From: an uncultured delta proteobacterium
GTDB lineage: Bacteria; Myxococcota; Myxococcia; Myxococcales; Anaeromyxobacteraceae
Assembly (NCBI GenBank): GCA_963828255.1
Contig: CAWHDZ010000013.1
Location: 1-51,854, forward strand
Reading direction: 5' to 3'
DNA length: 51,854 bases
Part shown: positions 10,331-21,600 of the stretch, in pieces
Layout: every line of letters begins with the position of its first letter
Numbering within the stretch: position 1 is the first letter of the stretch
Notes under the pieces: generated by a model
Told to the model about the DNA's origin: nothing
What the model saw: the letters and a program-made list of their open reading frames with translations, nothing else
The model's database searches: none
Program-made: the position numbers and the translations under genes

Positions 10331-11640
10331 GCGCCCCTCCCGGCGGCCGAGCGGCCGGCCAGCCAGCCGGTGAACATGGCCACGCCCATCCCGGTGCCGT
10401 CGGATGACGGGTCGTGCCCGCCGACCACCGCACCGGCCGCGAAGATGCGCGGGTGGAGGACCCGCCCCTCGGCGTCGAGCGGGTGGAGTTCGCCGTCCAC
10501 GCGCAGGCCGGCCGCCAGCAGCGGCTGGGGGGCCCGGCTGTCACGGAGGGTGAGACTGGCCGGCGGGCGGGCCGCGAAGCGGACCGAGGGGTCGGCGAAG
10601 GGCCCCTCCGAGGCCAGCACCGGCAGCCCCAGGACCGCTTCCCGCAGCTCGCCGCGCCGCTCGATCCCGCCGCCCACGAAGCGGCCGCTGGCCAGCACCC
10701 AGGACCGGGCCAGCACCTCGCGCCCCCCCACCGCGGCGGGGAGGTCGGGGCCGGCCCCGGAGCGGACCTCGCCCTGGAGGACCTCGACGCCGGCGGCGGC
10801 CAGGCGGGCGTCGATGGCCCGGTGGAACCGGAGCCCCGGGACGCTGGGGATGTCGGAGAGGATCTCGGCCACCGGGATCCCGGCCTCGGCGGCGATGCGC
10901 TCCGGGACGCGCGTGGCGGGGTCGATGCCGAGCACGGCGGGCAGGACCGCGGCGGCGTCGCCGCGCCGGAGCACGCGTCGCAGCACCCTGCCGGCCTCCT
11001 CGGCCGCACCGGGGGCCTCCAGCAGCCGGGCCAGGTCGAAGGGGCGCCCCAGCGCTCCCTCCTCCCAGCGGAAGAGGTCGAGCAGCACGGCGCGGGGCGT
11101 CGGCCCTCCCAGCGCCCGGACCCGCACCGCCCCGGAGGCGATGAGCCCCGGGTCCCAGCCCAGGTGCCCCTCGAAGCCGCAGACGACGAGCGTGCCGCGG
11201 ACCTCGGCGAGATCGCCGGCCGCCATGGAGCGGTGGCAGGCGGCCGCGGCGTGGGCGTGGCCGAACGGGGTGAGGAGCCAGCGGTTGCGGCCGCTGGGAG
11301 GCGCGAGGACGTCCGACATCTGCCCGGTGGCGAACTCGACCGCGTTCCAGAGCCGGTCGAGCCGGTCGCGCAGGAGCCGGTACGGGTGGCCGGGGCGCGT
11401 GGCGGCGATCCGCCGGGCCGACTCGACCACCCCGGCGCGCGCCGCGAAGGGGGTATCGGGCATGCAGCCCGGGTCCTGGGCCACCGAGACCGCGCCGCCG
11501 GAGAGGCCGGTACTCCCGGGGGCCTTGCGGACCAGCACCACCCGGGCGCCCCCCTCCCGCGCGGCGAGCGCGGCGGTGGCGCCGGCCATGCCGCCGCCCA
11601 CCACCAGCACGTCGCACTCGATGCGCGTCGAGGGGGCCAC
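10327..11640 (-). CDS. glpB: Anaerobic glycerol-3-phosphate dehydrogenase subunit B-like
   Basis: VVGGGMAG FAD motif, PSVPGLR, LASGRFVGGGI, FAAGAVVGG, GMGVAMFTG; follows glpA. Confidence 0.8.
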   Translation of the reverse strand: MAPSTRIECDVLVVGGGMAGATAALAAREGGARVVLVRKAPGSTGLSGGAVSVAQDPGCMPDTPFAARAGVVESARRIAATRPGHPYRLLRDRLDRLWNAVEFATGQMSDVLAPPSGRNRWLLTPFGHAHAAAACHRSMAAGDLAEVRGTLVVCGFEGHLGWDPGLIASGAVRVRALGGPTPRAVLLDLFRWEEGALGRPFDLARLLEAPGAAEEAGRVLRRVLRRGDAAAVLPAVLGIDPATRVPERIAAEAGIPVAEILSDIPSVPGLRFHRAIDARLAAAGVEVLQGEVRSGAGPDLPAAVGGREVLARSWVLASGRFVGGGIERRGELREAVLGLPVLASEGPFADPSVRFAARPPASLTLRDSRAPQPLLAAGLRVDGELHPLDAEGRVLHPRIFAAGAVVGGHDPSSDGTGMGVAMFTGWLAGRSAAGRGA

Positions 11641-11641
11641 G

Positions 11642-13297
11642 CTAGAGCCCTCCCAGGCCGCGGTGGACCGCACGGAGGAGCTCCTCCTCGGCGAGCTGCC
11701 ACCCGTCGAGGACCGGCCTGCGCTCCCGCCAGCCCACCTCGAGCAGGTCGGCGAGCTCGTCGCGGAGACGGTCGGCGTCCCAGCCGAGCTCGCGCGCCAC
11801 GATCTGCGCCGCAGGGCGGGCGCAGTCGAGGCCGCCGCAGCCCCCCAGCGCGAGCCGGCAGCGGCGGCGCAGGTCCTGGAGGCGGCGGACCTTCTCGTGC
11901 CTGGCGATCCAGGCCACCTCGGCCGCCAGGATCCCCTCGTCGCGGCAGAGGACGAGCTTCATGCGCGGGTCGTCGTCGGCCACCCGGAGCACCTCGCGGG
12001 CCCTCGACCCGTGCCGGAAGACCAGGCGCGCGGCGACCGGCTCGGGGATGCCGTGCCGGGCCGCCAGCTCGCCCGGGGAAGGGACCTCGTCCCCTCCCGG
12101 CAGCGGGACCTCGTGGGTGCGGCAGGGAAGGACCCCCTTGCCGAGCATGGCCACCACCCGGTCGGCGAGCTCCTCCGACTGGGCCCGGTAGCTCGCCAGC
12201 TTGCCGCCGACGAAGGAGAGCAGCCCGGCCGAGCCCTCGGCGGCGTGGTCGAGGATCCGGTGGTCGCGGGAGAGGTCGTCCTCCTCGACGCCGTACTCGA
12301 AGAGCGTGGTGCGGACGCCCCACCATGCCCGGGTGATGCGCGCCTGGCGGATGGACGGCACCAGCGACGCGGCGCCGTCCACCAGGTACTCGACCTCGTC
12401 GGCGGTGGCGTCGAGGTCGTCTGGGTCGCCGAAGAAGTCGTCGTCGGTGGTGCCGATGATCGACTCCATCTCGTGGGGCATGAGGAACATCTGCCGCCCG
12501 TCCACGGCGGTGCAGATGATCCCGTAGTTTCCGTGGCGCCGGTCGAGGGAGAGGTGGACCCCCTTGCCGGGACGCATGGGAACCTGGAACCCGTTCGACC
12601 GGCCAAGGCGGGGCGACCAGCCCCCGGTGGCGTTCACCACCACCCCGGCGCGGGCCTCGCCGTGCTCGCCGGTGACGGTGTCGCGGAACCGCACCGCCAC
12701 CACCCTGCCCCCCTCGCGGACCAGGCTCTCGGCCTCGGTCCAGGTGCGCACGTCGGCGCCGTGGTCGGCGGCGGAGAGCGCGTTCAGCAGGCAGAGCCGC
12801 TGCCCGTCGATCCCCCACTCGTCGAGGGTCACCGCGCCGTGCAGGCCAGGGCGCAGCGAGGGCTCGATCCGGTAGAGCTCGTCGGCGGAGAGGCGGACCG
12901 AGGGCTTCCCTCCCTTGAGCGGCTGGAAGAGGTCGTAGGTGCCGACGTAGACCTCGGTGGCGTACCAGGCGACACGGTCGAGGAGACGCGACCCCTCCTC
13001 GTGGGTGGCGAAGGGGAGGAGGAATGGGATGCGGAAGGTGAGGTGGGGCGCGATGCGCCGGATGTAGCCGGCGTCGCGGGAGGCGGACGCGGTCACCCGC
13101 CGGTCGCTCGTCATGTAGCGGATGCCGCCGTGGATCATCCCGGAGCTGCCGCCCGACGCGCCACAGGCCAGGTCCTGCTTCTCGAGGAGCAGCACCGACA
13201 GCCCGCGCATGGCGCAGTCGCGGGCCACGCCCGCGCCGTTCACGCCGCCCCCGAGGACGACGACGTCGTAGGCGTGCTCGCGAGCCGGTGCCGCCAT
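11642..13297 (-). CDS. glpA: FAD-dependent glycerol-3-phosphate dehydrogenase (GlpA/GlpD family)
   Basis: GGGVNGAGVARD, SSGMIHGGIRY, NATGGW, PGKGVH, IGTTD, GGKL; C-terminal Cys cluster. Confidence 0.85.
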   Translation of the reverse strand: MAAPAREHAYDVVVLGGGVNGAGVARDCAMRGLSVLLLEKQDLACGASGGSSGMIHGGIRYMTSDRRVTASASRDAGYIRRIAPHLTFRIPFLLPFATHEEGSRLLDRVAWYATEVYVGTYDLFQPLKGGKPSVRLSADELYRIEPSLRPGLHGAVTLDEWGIDGQRLCLLNALSAADHGADVRTWTEAESLVREGGRVVAVRFRDTVTGEHGEARAGVVVNATGGWSPRLGRSNGFQVPMRPGKGVHLSLDRRHGNYGIICTAVDGRQMFLMPHEMESIIGTTDDDFFGDPDDLDATADEVEYLVDGAASLVPSIRQARITRAWWGVRTTLFEYGVEEDDLSRDHRILDHAAEGSAGLLSFVGGKLASYRAQSEELADRVVAMLGKGVLPCRTHEVPLPGGDEVPSPGELAARHGIPEPVAARLVFRHGSRAREVLRVADDDPRMKLVLCRDEGILAAEVAWIARHEKVRRLQDLRRRCRLALGGCGGLDCARPAAQIVARELGWDADRLRDELADLLEVGWRERRPVLDGWQLAEEELLRAVHRGLGGL

Positions 13298-13306
13298 GGG
13301 AGGCGG

Positions 13307-15121
13307 CTACTTCCCCGGCTCCACGGTGCTCTTCACCGAGAGCTCACGGAGCTGCTTCTGGTCGGCGTCGCCCGGGGCCCCGGTCATGAGGTCGGTGCCC
13401 TTCTGGGTCTTGGGCCAGGCCACCACGTCGCGCAGGGACTCGGCGCCGGTGAGGAGCATGACCAGGCGGTCCATGCCCAGCGCGATCCCGCCGTGCGGCG
13501 GGGCGCCCATCTTCAGGGCGTCGAGGAGGAAGCCGAACTTGCTGCGGGCGTCCTCGTCGGAGATGCCCATGGCGCGGAAGACCCGGGCCTGGACCTCGGG
13601 GTCGTGGAGGCGGATGGAGCCGCCGCCGATCTCGAAGCCGTTCAGCACCACGTCGTAGCGCCAGCAGTAGACCCTGCCCGGGTCGGACTCGAGGTAGGGC
13701 AGGTCCTGGTCGCGGGGTCGCGTGAAGGCGTGGTGGGCCGCGGCCCAGGTGCCGGCCTCCTCGTCGTACTCGAAGAGCGGGGGATTGACCACCCAGAGGA
13801 AGTTCCAGTTCCCCCCCGACCCGTACTCGGGGATGAGCCCCATCTTCTTGGCCAGGTGCACGCGCAGGTTGGCCATGACCGTGTGCACGGTGGAGGGCTT
13901 GCCGAACTGGAAGAGGACCAGGTCGCCGGGCACGACGCCCATTGCCGCATTCACCGCGAGTCGCATCTCGGGGGTGATGGTCTTGGCGAAGGGCGACTGG
14001 GTCCACTCCCCGCCCTCCCCGATCTTGGCCCGGGCCAGCCCCTTCGAGCCCATGCCCCTGACGTACTCCTCGAGCTTGTCGATCTCGGTGCGGGAGAAGG
14101 CGGCCGAGGCCGGGACCTTCATCCCCTTGACGATCCCGCCGGCGGCCACCGCCTCGGCGAGCAGCGGCACCCCTCCCCCGCCGTGCTCCTTCACGAGGCC
14201 GGTGAGGACCACGTGCTCCATGCCGAAGCGCAGGTCGGGCTTGTCGTTGCCGTACTTGTCCATCGACTCGTCGAAGGGCATGCGCCGGAAGGGGCGCGGG
14301 ATCTCGACTCCCAGCACCTCCTTCCAGAGCTTTACGATGAGCCCCTCGATGACGTCGAAGACGTCGTTCTGCTCGACGAAGCTCATCTCCACGTCGATCT
14401 GGGTGAACTCGGGCTGCCGGTCGAGGCGCAGGTCCTCGTCGCGGAAGCAGCGGACGATCTGGAAGTACCGGTCGAAGCCGGCGATCATGTAGAGCTGCTT
14501 GAAGAGCTGGGGGCTCTCGGCCAGGGCGTAGAACTTGCCCGGGTTGAGGCGGCTGGGGACGAGGAAGTTGCGGGCCCCGCCCGGAGTGTACTTCACCATG
14601 AAGGGGGTCTCGAGCTCGAGGAACCCACTGTCGGTGAAGTAGTTGCGGGTCAGGTGGTTGACCCGGGCCCGGGTCATGAGGGTCCTCTGCAGCGGGCCGC
14701 GGCGCAGGTCGAGGTAGCGGTACTGGAGCCGCTTCTCCTCGGCGGTGTCGATCTGATCCTCGATGGGGAAGGGCGTCGGCTCGGAGCGGTTGAAGATCTC
14801 CACCTCGGTGCCGTGGACCTCGATCTCGCCGGTGGCGAGCCGCGCGTTCACGTTGGACCCGCGGGAGACCACCTTGCCCCGGATGCCCACGCAGTACTCG
14901 AGCCGCACCTTCTCGGCCACCTCGTGGACCTCGGGGCGGACGTCCTCCTCGAAGACCACCTGGGTGACCCCGACCCGGTCGCGCAGGTCGATGAAGACCG
15001 CGCCCCCGTGGTCGCGGCGGTTGTTGACCCAGCCGAAGAGGACGACCTCCTTGCCGATGTCGTCCTTCGTCAGCTGTCCGCAGCTGTGGGTGCGCTTCTG
15101 CTCGGTGATGAAACGGGCCAC
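13307..15121 (-). CDS. aspS: Aspartate--tRNA ligase, probably non-discriminating
   Basis: RTHSCG, RRDHGG, YRYLDLR, GARNFLVPSR, CFRDEDLR, PPHGGIALGMDR. Confidence 0.97.
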   Translation of the reverse strand: MARFITEQKRTHSCGQLTKDDIGKEVVLFGWVNNRRDHGGAVFIDLRDRVGVTQVVFEEDVRPEVHEVAEKVRLEYCVGIRGKVVSRGSNVNARLATGEIEVHGTEVEIFNRSEPTPFPIEDQIDTAEEKRLQYRYLDLRRGPLQRTLMTRARVNHLTRNYFTDSGFLELETPFMVKYTPGGARNFLVPSRLNPGKFYALAESPQLFKQLYMIAGFDRYFQIVRCFRDEDLRLDRQPEFTQIDVEMSFVEQNDVFDVIEGLIVKLWKEVLGVEIPRPFRRMPFDESMDKYGNDKPDLRFGMEHVVLTGLVKEHGGGGVPLLAEAVAAGGIVKGMKVPASAAFSRTEIDKLEEYVRGMGSKGLARAKIGEGGEWTQSPFAKTITPEMRLAVNAAMGVVPGDLVLFQFGKPSTVHTVMANLRVHLAKKMGLIPEYGSGGNWNFLWVVNPPLFEYDEEAGTWAAAHHAFTRPRDQDLPYLESDPGRVYCWRYDVVLNGFEIGGGSIRLHDPEVQARVFRAMGISDEDARSKFGFLLDALKMGAPPHGGIALGMDRLVMLLTGAESLRDVVAWPKTQKGTDLMTGAPGDADQKQLRELSVKSTVEPGK

Positions 15122-15182
15122 GCGTGCCTCCCGGCGAGATCTCTGGGGAACCTTGCTCGGTAGCACCGGCGAACGCGGCGCG

Positions 15183-16940
15183 TCAAGGCGCGATTCTCGC
15201 GCCCTGGAGGGCCGGGACGGGCCGGGGCGCGCCCCTCAGGTCGCGGACCCGGAGCTGCAGCCGCCGCATCCCGTCCCAGTCGTCGAAGCCCAGCGACACC
15301 GCGGCCTCGACCGGCCCCGAGCACAGGGCCAGCCGGTCGCCCATCTGGAAGGCGATGGCGTCGCGGTCGGCCAGCACGAGCTTCAGGTGCACGCCGGCCG
15401 CCCCCACCTGCCGCGCGCGCGACGGGCGGGCGCGCACCCCGAAGACCGGCTCGGGGTTCCCGGCGCCGAAGGGGGCCAGCTTCTCGAGGTCGGTCGCGGC
15501 CCGGTCGTCGAGCTCAAGCGGGTCCACCCATGCGTCGATGCGGGTGCGCGGGACGAGGTCGTCGTCCCGGAGGACCGAGGCGGCGTGGGCCTCGAAGGCC
15601 GCCCGGAAGGCTGGGATGGCCCCGGGATCCATGGTGACCCCGGCGGCGTGCTTGTGGCCGCCGAACCGGGCCAGGTGGACGGCGCAGGCGGCCAGCGCGT
15701 CGTGGAGGTGGAAGGCCGCGATGCTCCGGCCGCTCCCCTTCCCCACGCCGCCTGCGACCCCCACCAGCACCGCCGGCCGGTGGAAGCGCTCCACCACCCG
15801 GGAGGCGACGATGCCCACCACGCCGGGGTGCCAGCCCGGACGGGAGAGAACGAGCCCCCGGGCCCCGGCCGCCACCAGGCGCGCCGCGTCCTCCAGGGCC
15901 TCCTCCAGGATCTGCCGCTCGATCTCCTGCCTGGCCCGGTTCTCCCGGTCGAGCTCCTCGGCGAGCGCGTCGGCCGCGGCCGGATCGGCGGTGGAGAGGA
16001 GGCGAACGCCCCGGCCGGCGTCGTCGAGCCGTCCGGCGGCATTCACCCGGGGTGCGAGCCGGAAGCCGACCTGCGAGGCGGTGACCTCGCCGGTGGCCAC
16101 CCCGGCCACGCGCAGGAGCGCCCGGACCCCCGGGCGGCGGGCCTTTCCGATCTCGGCGAGGCCGAAGCGGACCAGCACCCGGTTCACCTCGACGAGCGGC
16201 ACCACGTCGGCGATGGTGCCCAGCGCGACCAGATCGAGCATCTCGCGCAGGTTGGGCTCGGGGCGGGTCGCGCCGAACCGGCCCCGCTCCCTGAGGCGCC
16301 TGCGGAGCGCCATGACCAGGTTGAAGGTCACGCCCACCGCGGCCAGGTGCTTGGAGGGATAGGCGCAGCCGGACTGGTGCGGGTTCAGGATGGCGCTGGC
16401 CGCCGGCAGGTCCACCGGGACCGTATGGTGGTCCACCACCACCACGTCCACGCCCCGGCGCGCCGCGGCGGCCACCTCGGCCACGCTGGTGATGCCGCAG
16501 TCGAGGGTGACGATGAGGTTCACGCCCTGGTCGGCCAGCCGCTCCACGGCCGCGCCGTTCAGGCCGTAGCCCTCCACCAGCCGGTGGGGGATGTAGGTGC
16601 TCACCACACCTCCGGCGGCGCCCAGGAAGCCGGACAGCAGCACCGTGGAGGTGACCCCGTCCACGTCGTAGTCGCCGTAGCAGGCGATCCGCTGCCCCTC
16701 CTCCACGGCGCGCACGATGCGCGCCACCGCGCCCTCCATCCCCTTCATGGTGTAGGGGTCGGGGAGGTCCTCGAGGCGCGGGGAGAGGAACCGGGAGGCC
16801 AGGACCGGGTCGGCGAGACCGCGGGCGGCGAGCGCCCGGGCCGCGAGCGGGTGGAGCCCGAGCGCCCCGGCGAGGCGGGACGAGGACGCCTCGTCGACGC
16901 CCCCTTCGACCTCCACCCATCGCTTCTCCGGCGCCGTCAC
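15183..16940 (-). CDS. recJ: ssDNA-specific exonuclease RecJ
   Basis: GDYDVDG, EGYG, LDCG, VDHH, GTIADVVPL, PRVNAAGR, GSGRS, FGGH, PFGAGNPEP. Confidence 0.95.
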   Translation of the reverse strand: MTAPEKRWVEVEGGVDEASSSRLAGALGLHPLAARALAARGLADPVLASRFLSPRLEDLPDPYTMKGMEGAVARIVRAVEEGQRIACYGDYDVDGVTSTVLLSGFLGAAGGVVSTYIPHRLVEGYGLNGAAVERLADQGVNLIVTLDCGITSVAEVAAAARRGVDVVVVDHHTVPVDLPAASAILNPHQSGCAYPSKHLAAVGVTFNLVMALRRRLRERGRFGATRPEPNLREMLDLVALGTIADVVPLVEVNRVLVRFGLAEIGKARRPGVRALLRVAGVATGEVTASQVGFRLAPRVNAAGRLDDAGRGVRLLSTADPAAADALAEELDRENRARQEIERQILEEALEDAARLVAAGARGLVLSRPGWHPGVVGIVASRVVERFHRPAVLVGVAGGVGKGSGRSIAAFHLHDALAACAVHLARFGGHKHAAGVTMDPGAIPAFRAAFEAHAASVLRDDDLVPRTRIDAWVDPLELDDRAATDLEKLAPFGAGNPEPVFGVRARPSRARQVGAAGVHLKLVLADRDAIAFQMGDRLALCSGPVEAAVSLGFDDWDGMRRLQLRVRDLRGAPRPVPALQGARIAP

Positions 16941-17135
16941 GGGATCGGAGTAGCACCCGGTGCTGACACCGCACGGCGAGCCGCAGTGCGGCGAGCAAGA
17001 ACCTCGGACGAGCACTCCCCCGTCACCGGACGTGCCACACCGCCCGCACGTTGGGCGCCCTACCGGTTGGACGCATCTGACCCACCCCGAAGGATCGAGG
17101 TCCGTCCCGGAGGTGCGGAGGGCAAATGGACCGTG

Positions 17136-17156
17136 CGGCAAGAATGATTTTTGCCG
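17136..17156. promoter_or_regulatory. Imperfect palindrome, candidate operator upstream of the efflux operon
   Basis: CGGCAAGAAT-G-ATTTTTGCCG, ~65 bp upstream of the CusB-like start. Confidence 0.5.
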
Positions 17157-17219
17157 ATCTGGGGATATGCTCAGACTCTCCCGGTCGCACGAACACCAGG
17201 ATGGAAGGGACACGTCTCG

Positions 17220-18677
17220 ATGAGCTCCATTGACCCGATTCAGCCACCCGGCCCCGAGGAGAAGCTCCCAGAGGGGCGGGAGTCCGCGCCCCCGGGCGTC
17301 AGGACCATGGCATTCGTCCGCTGGGCGCTCATCGGCCTCATGGCGGTGGCGGCCGTGGCGGCCTGGGTGCACTTCGCGCGCACCGGCCAGGAGGTGACGG
17401 ATTGCTCGCAGGCCAACTACGTCTGCCCGATGCACCCGTCGGTGCTCTCCGAGCGCTCCGGGAGCTGCCCCATCTGCGGCATGGACCTGGTCTCCATCGC
17501 CAGCCTGGGCGAGGGGGCCAAGGGAGGGGTGGGCGTCCACGCCCACGGCGACGCAGCTCCCGCCCCCGGGAAGTACTGGTGCCCCATGCACCCCGAGGTG
17601 GCCAGCGACGACCCCAACGCCATCTGCGACAAGTGCGGGAGCATGAAGCTCATCCCGCGCGAGCAGGTGCCGGGACTCACCCCCATCGACGTGAGCCAGG
17701 AGCGGCTGCAGCTCATCGGCATGCGCACCGCGCCGGCGGTCCTGGAGAAGCTCGTGCCCACGCTCCGCACCGTGGGCATGGTGGCTCCCGACGAGGGGGC
17801 GGTCGCGGTGGTGACGAGCCGCGTGACCGGCTGGGTCGAGAAGGTGATGGTCTCGCAGAGCGGGGAGCGCGTGAAGAAGGGTCAGCCGCTCGCCAAGATC
17901 TACAGCCTCGAGCTCAACAACGCCCAGCTCAACTACCTGAACGCCATCAAGTGGACCCGCGACTGGAGCGCCGGGCAGTCGCAGGCCGGCACCCAGGCGC
18001 TGGAGGTGGACGCCCGGCAGCGCCTCGTCCTGAACGGCTTCACCCCCATCGACATCGCCGAGCTGGAGGAGAAGAAGACCCCGCTCGAGTTCCTCTCCAT
18101 CCGGGCCCCCATCGACGGCTACGTGGGGCGGCGCGGCGTGCAGGTGGGCGCCTACGTCACCCCGGGCCAGGAGCTCTACGAGATCGCCGACATCGCCAAC
18201 GTCTGGGTGCTGGCCGACGTCTACGAGGCCGACATCGGCCGGGTTCGCGCCGGGCAGCGCTCCAGCCTCGCCCTGCAGGCGCTCCCCGGGGAGACCTTCG
18301 TCGGCAAGGTGGCCTACCTGTATCCCGCGGTGAATCCGCAGAGCCGCACCATGCAGGCGCGCATCGTCGTCCCCAACAGCAAGGGGCGGCTGCGCCCCGG
18401 GATGTACGCCGACGTGACCATCGACCTGGGCATGACCGAGGGGACCACCATCCCCGCCGACGCGCTGGTGGACACCGGCGAGTCCCAGTACGTCTTCGTG
18501 GCGCTTCCCGGGGGGCGCTTCGAGCCTCGTCCGGTCACGGTGGGCGTCCGGACGGCGGACAAGGTCCAGATCCTCCGGGGCGTGCACCCCGGCGAGAACG
18601 TGGTGACGACCGCCAACTTCCTCATCGACTCGGAGAGCCGGCTGCGCGCGGCGATCCAGGGCTTCGGCGGGAAGTAG
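17220..18677 (+). CDS. cusB: CusB-type RND periplasmic adaptor with two heavy-metal-binding domains
   Basis: YVCPMHP...CPICGMDL and YWCPMHP...CDKCGSMKL; LRPGMYA; FLIDSESRL. Confidence 0.85.
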   Translation: MSSIDPIQPPGPEEKLPEGRESAPPGVRTMAFVRWALIGLMAVAAVAAWVHFARTGQEVTDCSQANYVCPMHPSVLSERSGSCPICGMDLVSIASLGEGAKGGVGVHAHGDAAPAPGKYWCPMHPEVASDDPNAICDKCGSMKLIPREQVPGLTPIDVSQERLQLIGMRTAPAVLEKLVPTLRTVGMVAPDEGAVAVVTSRVTGWVEKVMVSQSGERVKKGQPLAKIYSLELNNAQLNYLNAIKWTRDWSAGQSQAGTQALEVDARQRLVLNGFTPIDIAELEEKKTPLEFLSIRAPIDGYVGRRGVQVGAYVTPGQELYEIADIANVWVLADVYEADIGRVRAGQRSSLALQALPGETFVGKVAYLYPAVNPQSRTMQARIVVPNSKGRLRPGMYADVTIDLGMTEGTTIPADALVDTGESQYVFVALPGGRFEPRPVTVGVRTADKVQILRGVHPGENVVTTANFLIDSESRLRAAIQGFGGK

Positions 18678-18686
18678 GGGGCGCCC

Positions 18687-21600
18687 ATGGTCTCGAAGAT
18701 CATCGAGTTCTGCGCCCGGAACCGGCTGGTGGTCCTGTTCGGCGTGGCCATCGCCACCATGGCGGCGGCCTGGTCGATCTCGCGCACCAAGATCGACGCC
18801 ATCCCCGACCTCACCGACCCCCAGGTCATCGTCTTCACCGAGTGGATGGGGCGCAGCCCGACCCTCATCGAGGACCAGGTCACCTACCCCGTGGTGTCCG
18901 CGCTCATCTCGGCGCCCAAGGTGGTGGACGTCCGCGGCTACTCGATGTTCGGCATGTCCTTCGTCTACGTCATCTTCGACGAGGGCACCGACATGTACTG
19001 GGCCCGCAGCCGGGTGAACGAGATGCTCGGCACCATGCGGGCGCGGCTCCCCGACGGCGTGGTGCCCACGCTGGGGCCCGATGCCACCGGCATCGGCTGG
19101 GCCTTCCAGTACACGCTCGTGGACAAGAGCGGCCGGACCTCCATCGACGAGCTGCGCACCTTCCAGGACTTCTCGCTGCGCTACGCGCTCGGCGCCGTGC
19201 CCGGCGTCGCCGAGGTGGCCAGCGTCGGCGGCTACCAGAAGCAGTACCAGGTCACCATCGACCCCAACCGCCTGCGCGCCTACGGGGTCAGCCTGGAGGA
19301 GGTGGTGCGGGCCATCCGCGAGTCCAACCAGGACGTGGGCGGGCGGGTCGTCGAGATGTCCGGCCGCGAGTACTACGTGCGCGGCCGCGGATACATCCAG
19401 GACATCGGCGCGCTGGCCTCCACGTCGGTGAAGGCCAACGGCCCCTCCGGCGTGCCGGTGCTCCTGCGCGACCTGGGCACGGTGCGCTTCGGCCCGGACA
19501 TCCGGCGCGGCGCGCTCGACTGGAACGGCGAGGGCGAGGCGGTGGGCGGCATCGTGGTGGTCCGCTACGGGGAGAACACCCTCGAGGTGGTCGACCGGGT
19601 GAAGAAGCGGCTCGAGGAGCTCAAGCCGGGCTTCCCCCCCGGGGTCACCGCCGAGGTGGCCTACGACCGGACCGAGCTCATCTTCCGCTCCATCGGCACG
19701 CTCAAGCGGGCGCTGCTCGAGGAGATGCTCACCGTGGCCGCGGTGATCCTGATCTTCCTGCTCCACGTGCGCTCGGCGCTGCTCCCCATGCTGTCGCTCC
19801 CCATCGCGGTGGCGCTGGCATTCGTCCCGATGTACTTCCTCGACATCCCGGCCACCATCATGAGCCTGGGCGGGATCGCCATCGCCATCGGGGCCACCGT
19901 GGACGCCGAGATCGTCATGATCGAGGCCTCCCACAAGCGGCTCGAGTCGGCCCCACCGGGCGCCGACCGGCACAAGCTGCTCGCCGAGGCCGCCCGCGAG
20001 GTGACGCCGGCCATCTTCTTCTCGCTGCTCATCATCGCGGTGAGCTTCCTTCCGGTCTTCACGCTCACCGGCCAGGCCGGCCGCCTCTTCCGGCCGCTCG
20101 CCTTCACCAAGACCTTCGTCATGCTCTCGGCGGCGGTGCTCTCCATCACCTTCGCGCCGGCGCTGCGGGACCTCCTGCTCCGCGGGAAGATCCGCCCCGA
20201 GTCGAAGCACCCCATCTCGCGGGCCATCATCAAGGTGTACAAGCCCTTCGTCTTCGTGGCCCTGCGCTGGCCCAAGACCACCATCGCGCTGGGGCTGATG
20301 GCCATCCTCTCCGCCGTGCCGCTGGCGCTGCGGCTGGGCAGCGAGTTCATGCCGCCCCTCAACGAGGGGGACGTGCTCTTCATGCCCACCACCTTCCCGG
20401 GCATCTCCATCGAGGAGGCCAAGGGGTCGCTGCAGCGGCAGGACCGGGTGCTGCGGAGCTTCCCGGAGGTGATCTCGGTCTTCGGCAAGGTGGGACGGGC
20501 CGAGACCGCGACCGACCCGGCCCCCATCACCATGCTCGAGACCACGGTGCGCCTCAAGCCCGCCTCGGAGTGGCGGATGGTGGACGCTCCGCGCTGGTAC
20601 TCGGGGTGGGCCCCGGGATGGATGAAGACGCTCCTGCGCCCCGTCTGGCCGGACCGGCGCCGCATCCAGTTCGACGAGCTCACCGCCGAGATGAACCGGC
20701 AGACGCAGTTCCCCGGCTGGACCAACGCCTACACCATGCCCATCCGGGCGCGCATCGACATGCTCACCACCGGCGTGCGCACCCCGGTGGGGGTGAAGGT
20801 GATGGGCGCCGACCTCGGCGAGATCGAGAAGCTCGGGGTGGCCCTGGAGCGGATCCTGGCGCCGGTCCCGGGAACCCGCAGCGTCTACTACGAGCGGAAT
20901 ACGGGTGGCCTCTACCTCGACATCTACCCGAACCGCGAGGCCCTGGCCCGGCGCGGCCTCACCGTGGGTGACGTGCAGCGGACCATCGAGGCGGCCGTCG
21001 GCGGCGCCTCGATCTCCACCACGGTGGAGGGGCGGGCCCGCTTCTCCATCAGCGTGCGGTACCCGCAGGACCTCCGCAGCGACGTCGAGGCGCTGAAGCA
21101 GGTCCTGGTCCCGGTTCCGGCGGCCGGCGGCCGGCCCGGCGGCGGCGGCGGCGGGATGGGCGGCTCCGGCTCGCTCACCCCACCCACCATCCCCCGGCTC
21201 ATGCTGGCCCAGATGGGCGGCGGCGGCGGCGGGGCCGCGGCGGCCCGGCCGCCCAGCGGCTCGAGCGCCACGGACGCCCCGGCGCTCGACTGGGCCCGGC
21301 CCAGCTCCCGGCTGGAGCAGCTCCCGCTCGGCGACCGCGCGCTCAAGGCCGGGGGCAGCCCCGGCAGCGGCTCCTTCGTCCCGCTCGGCCAGGTGGCAGA
21401 CATCCGCATCGTCGGCGGCCCTCCCATGCTGCGCGACGAGGGCGGCCTGCTCGTCGGCTACGTCTACGTGGACGTGGACCCGTCGGTGGACATCGGCGGG
21501 TACGTGGCCCACGCCAAGGAGGAGGTCGCCGAGGCAACGGAGGCCGGCGGCTTCGCGGTTCCGCCCGGCTACTTCCTCAAGTGGACCGGCCAGTACGAGC

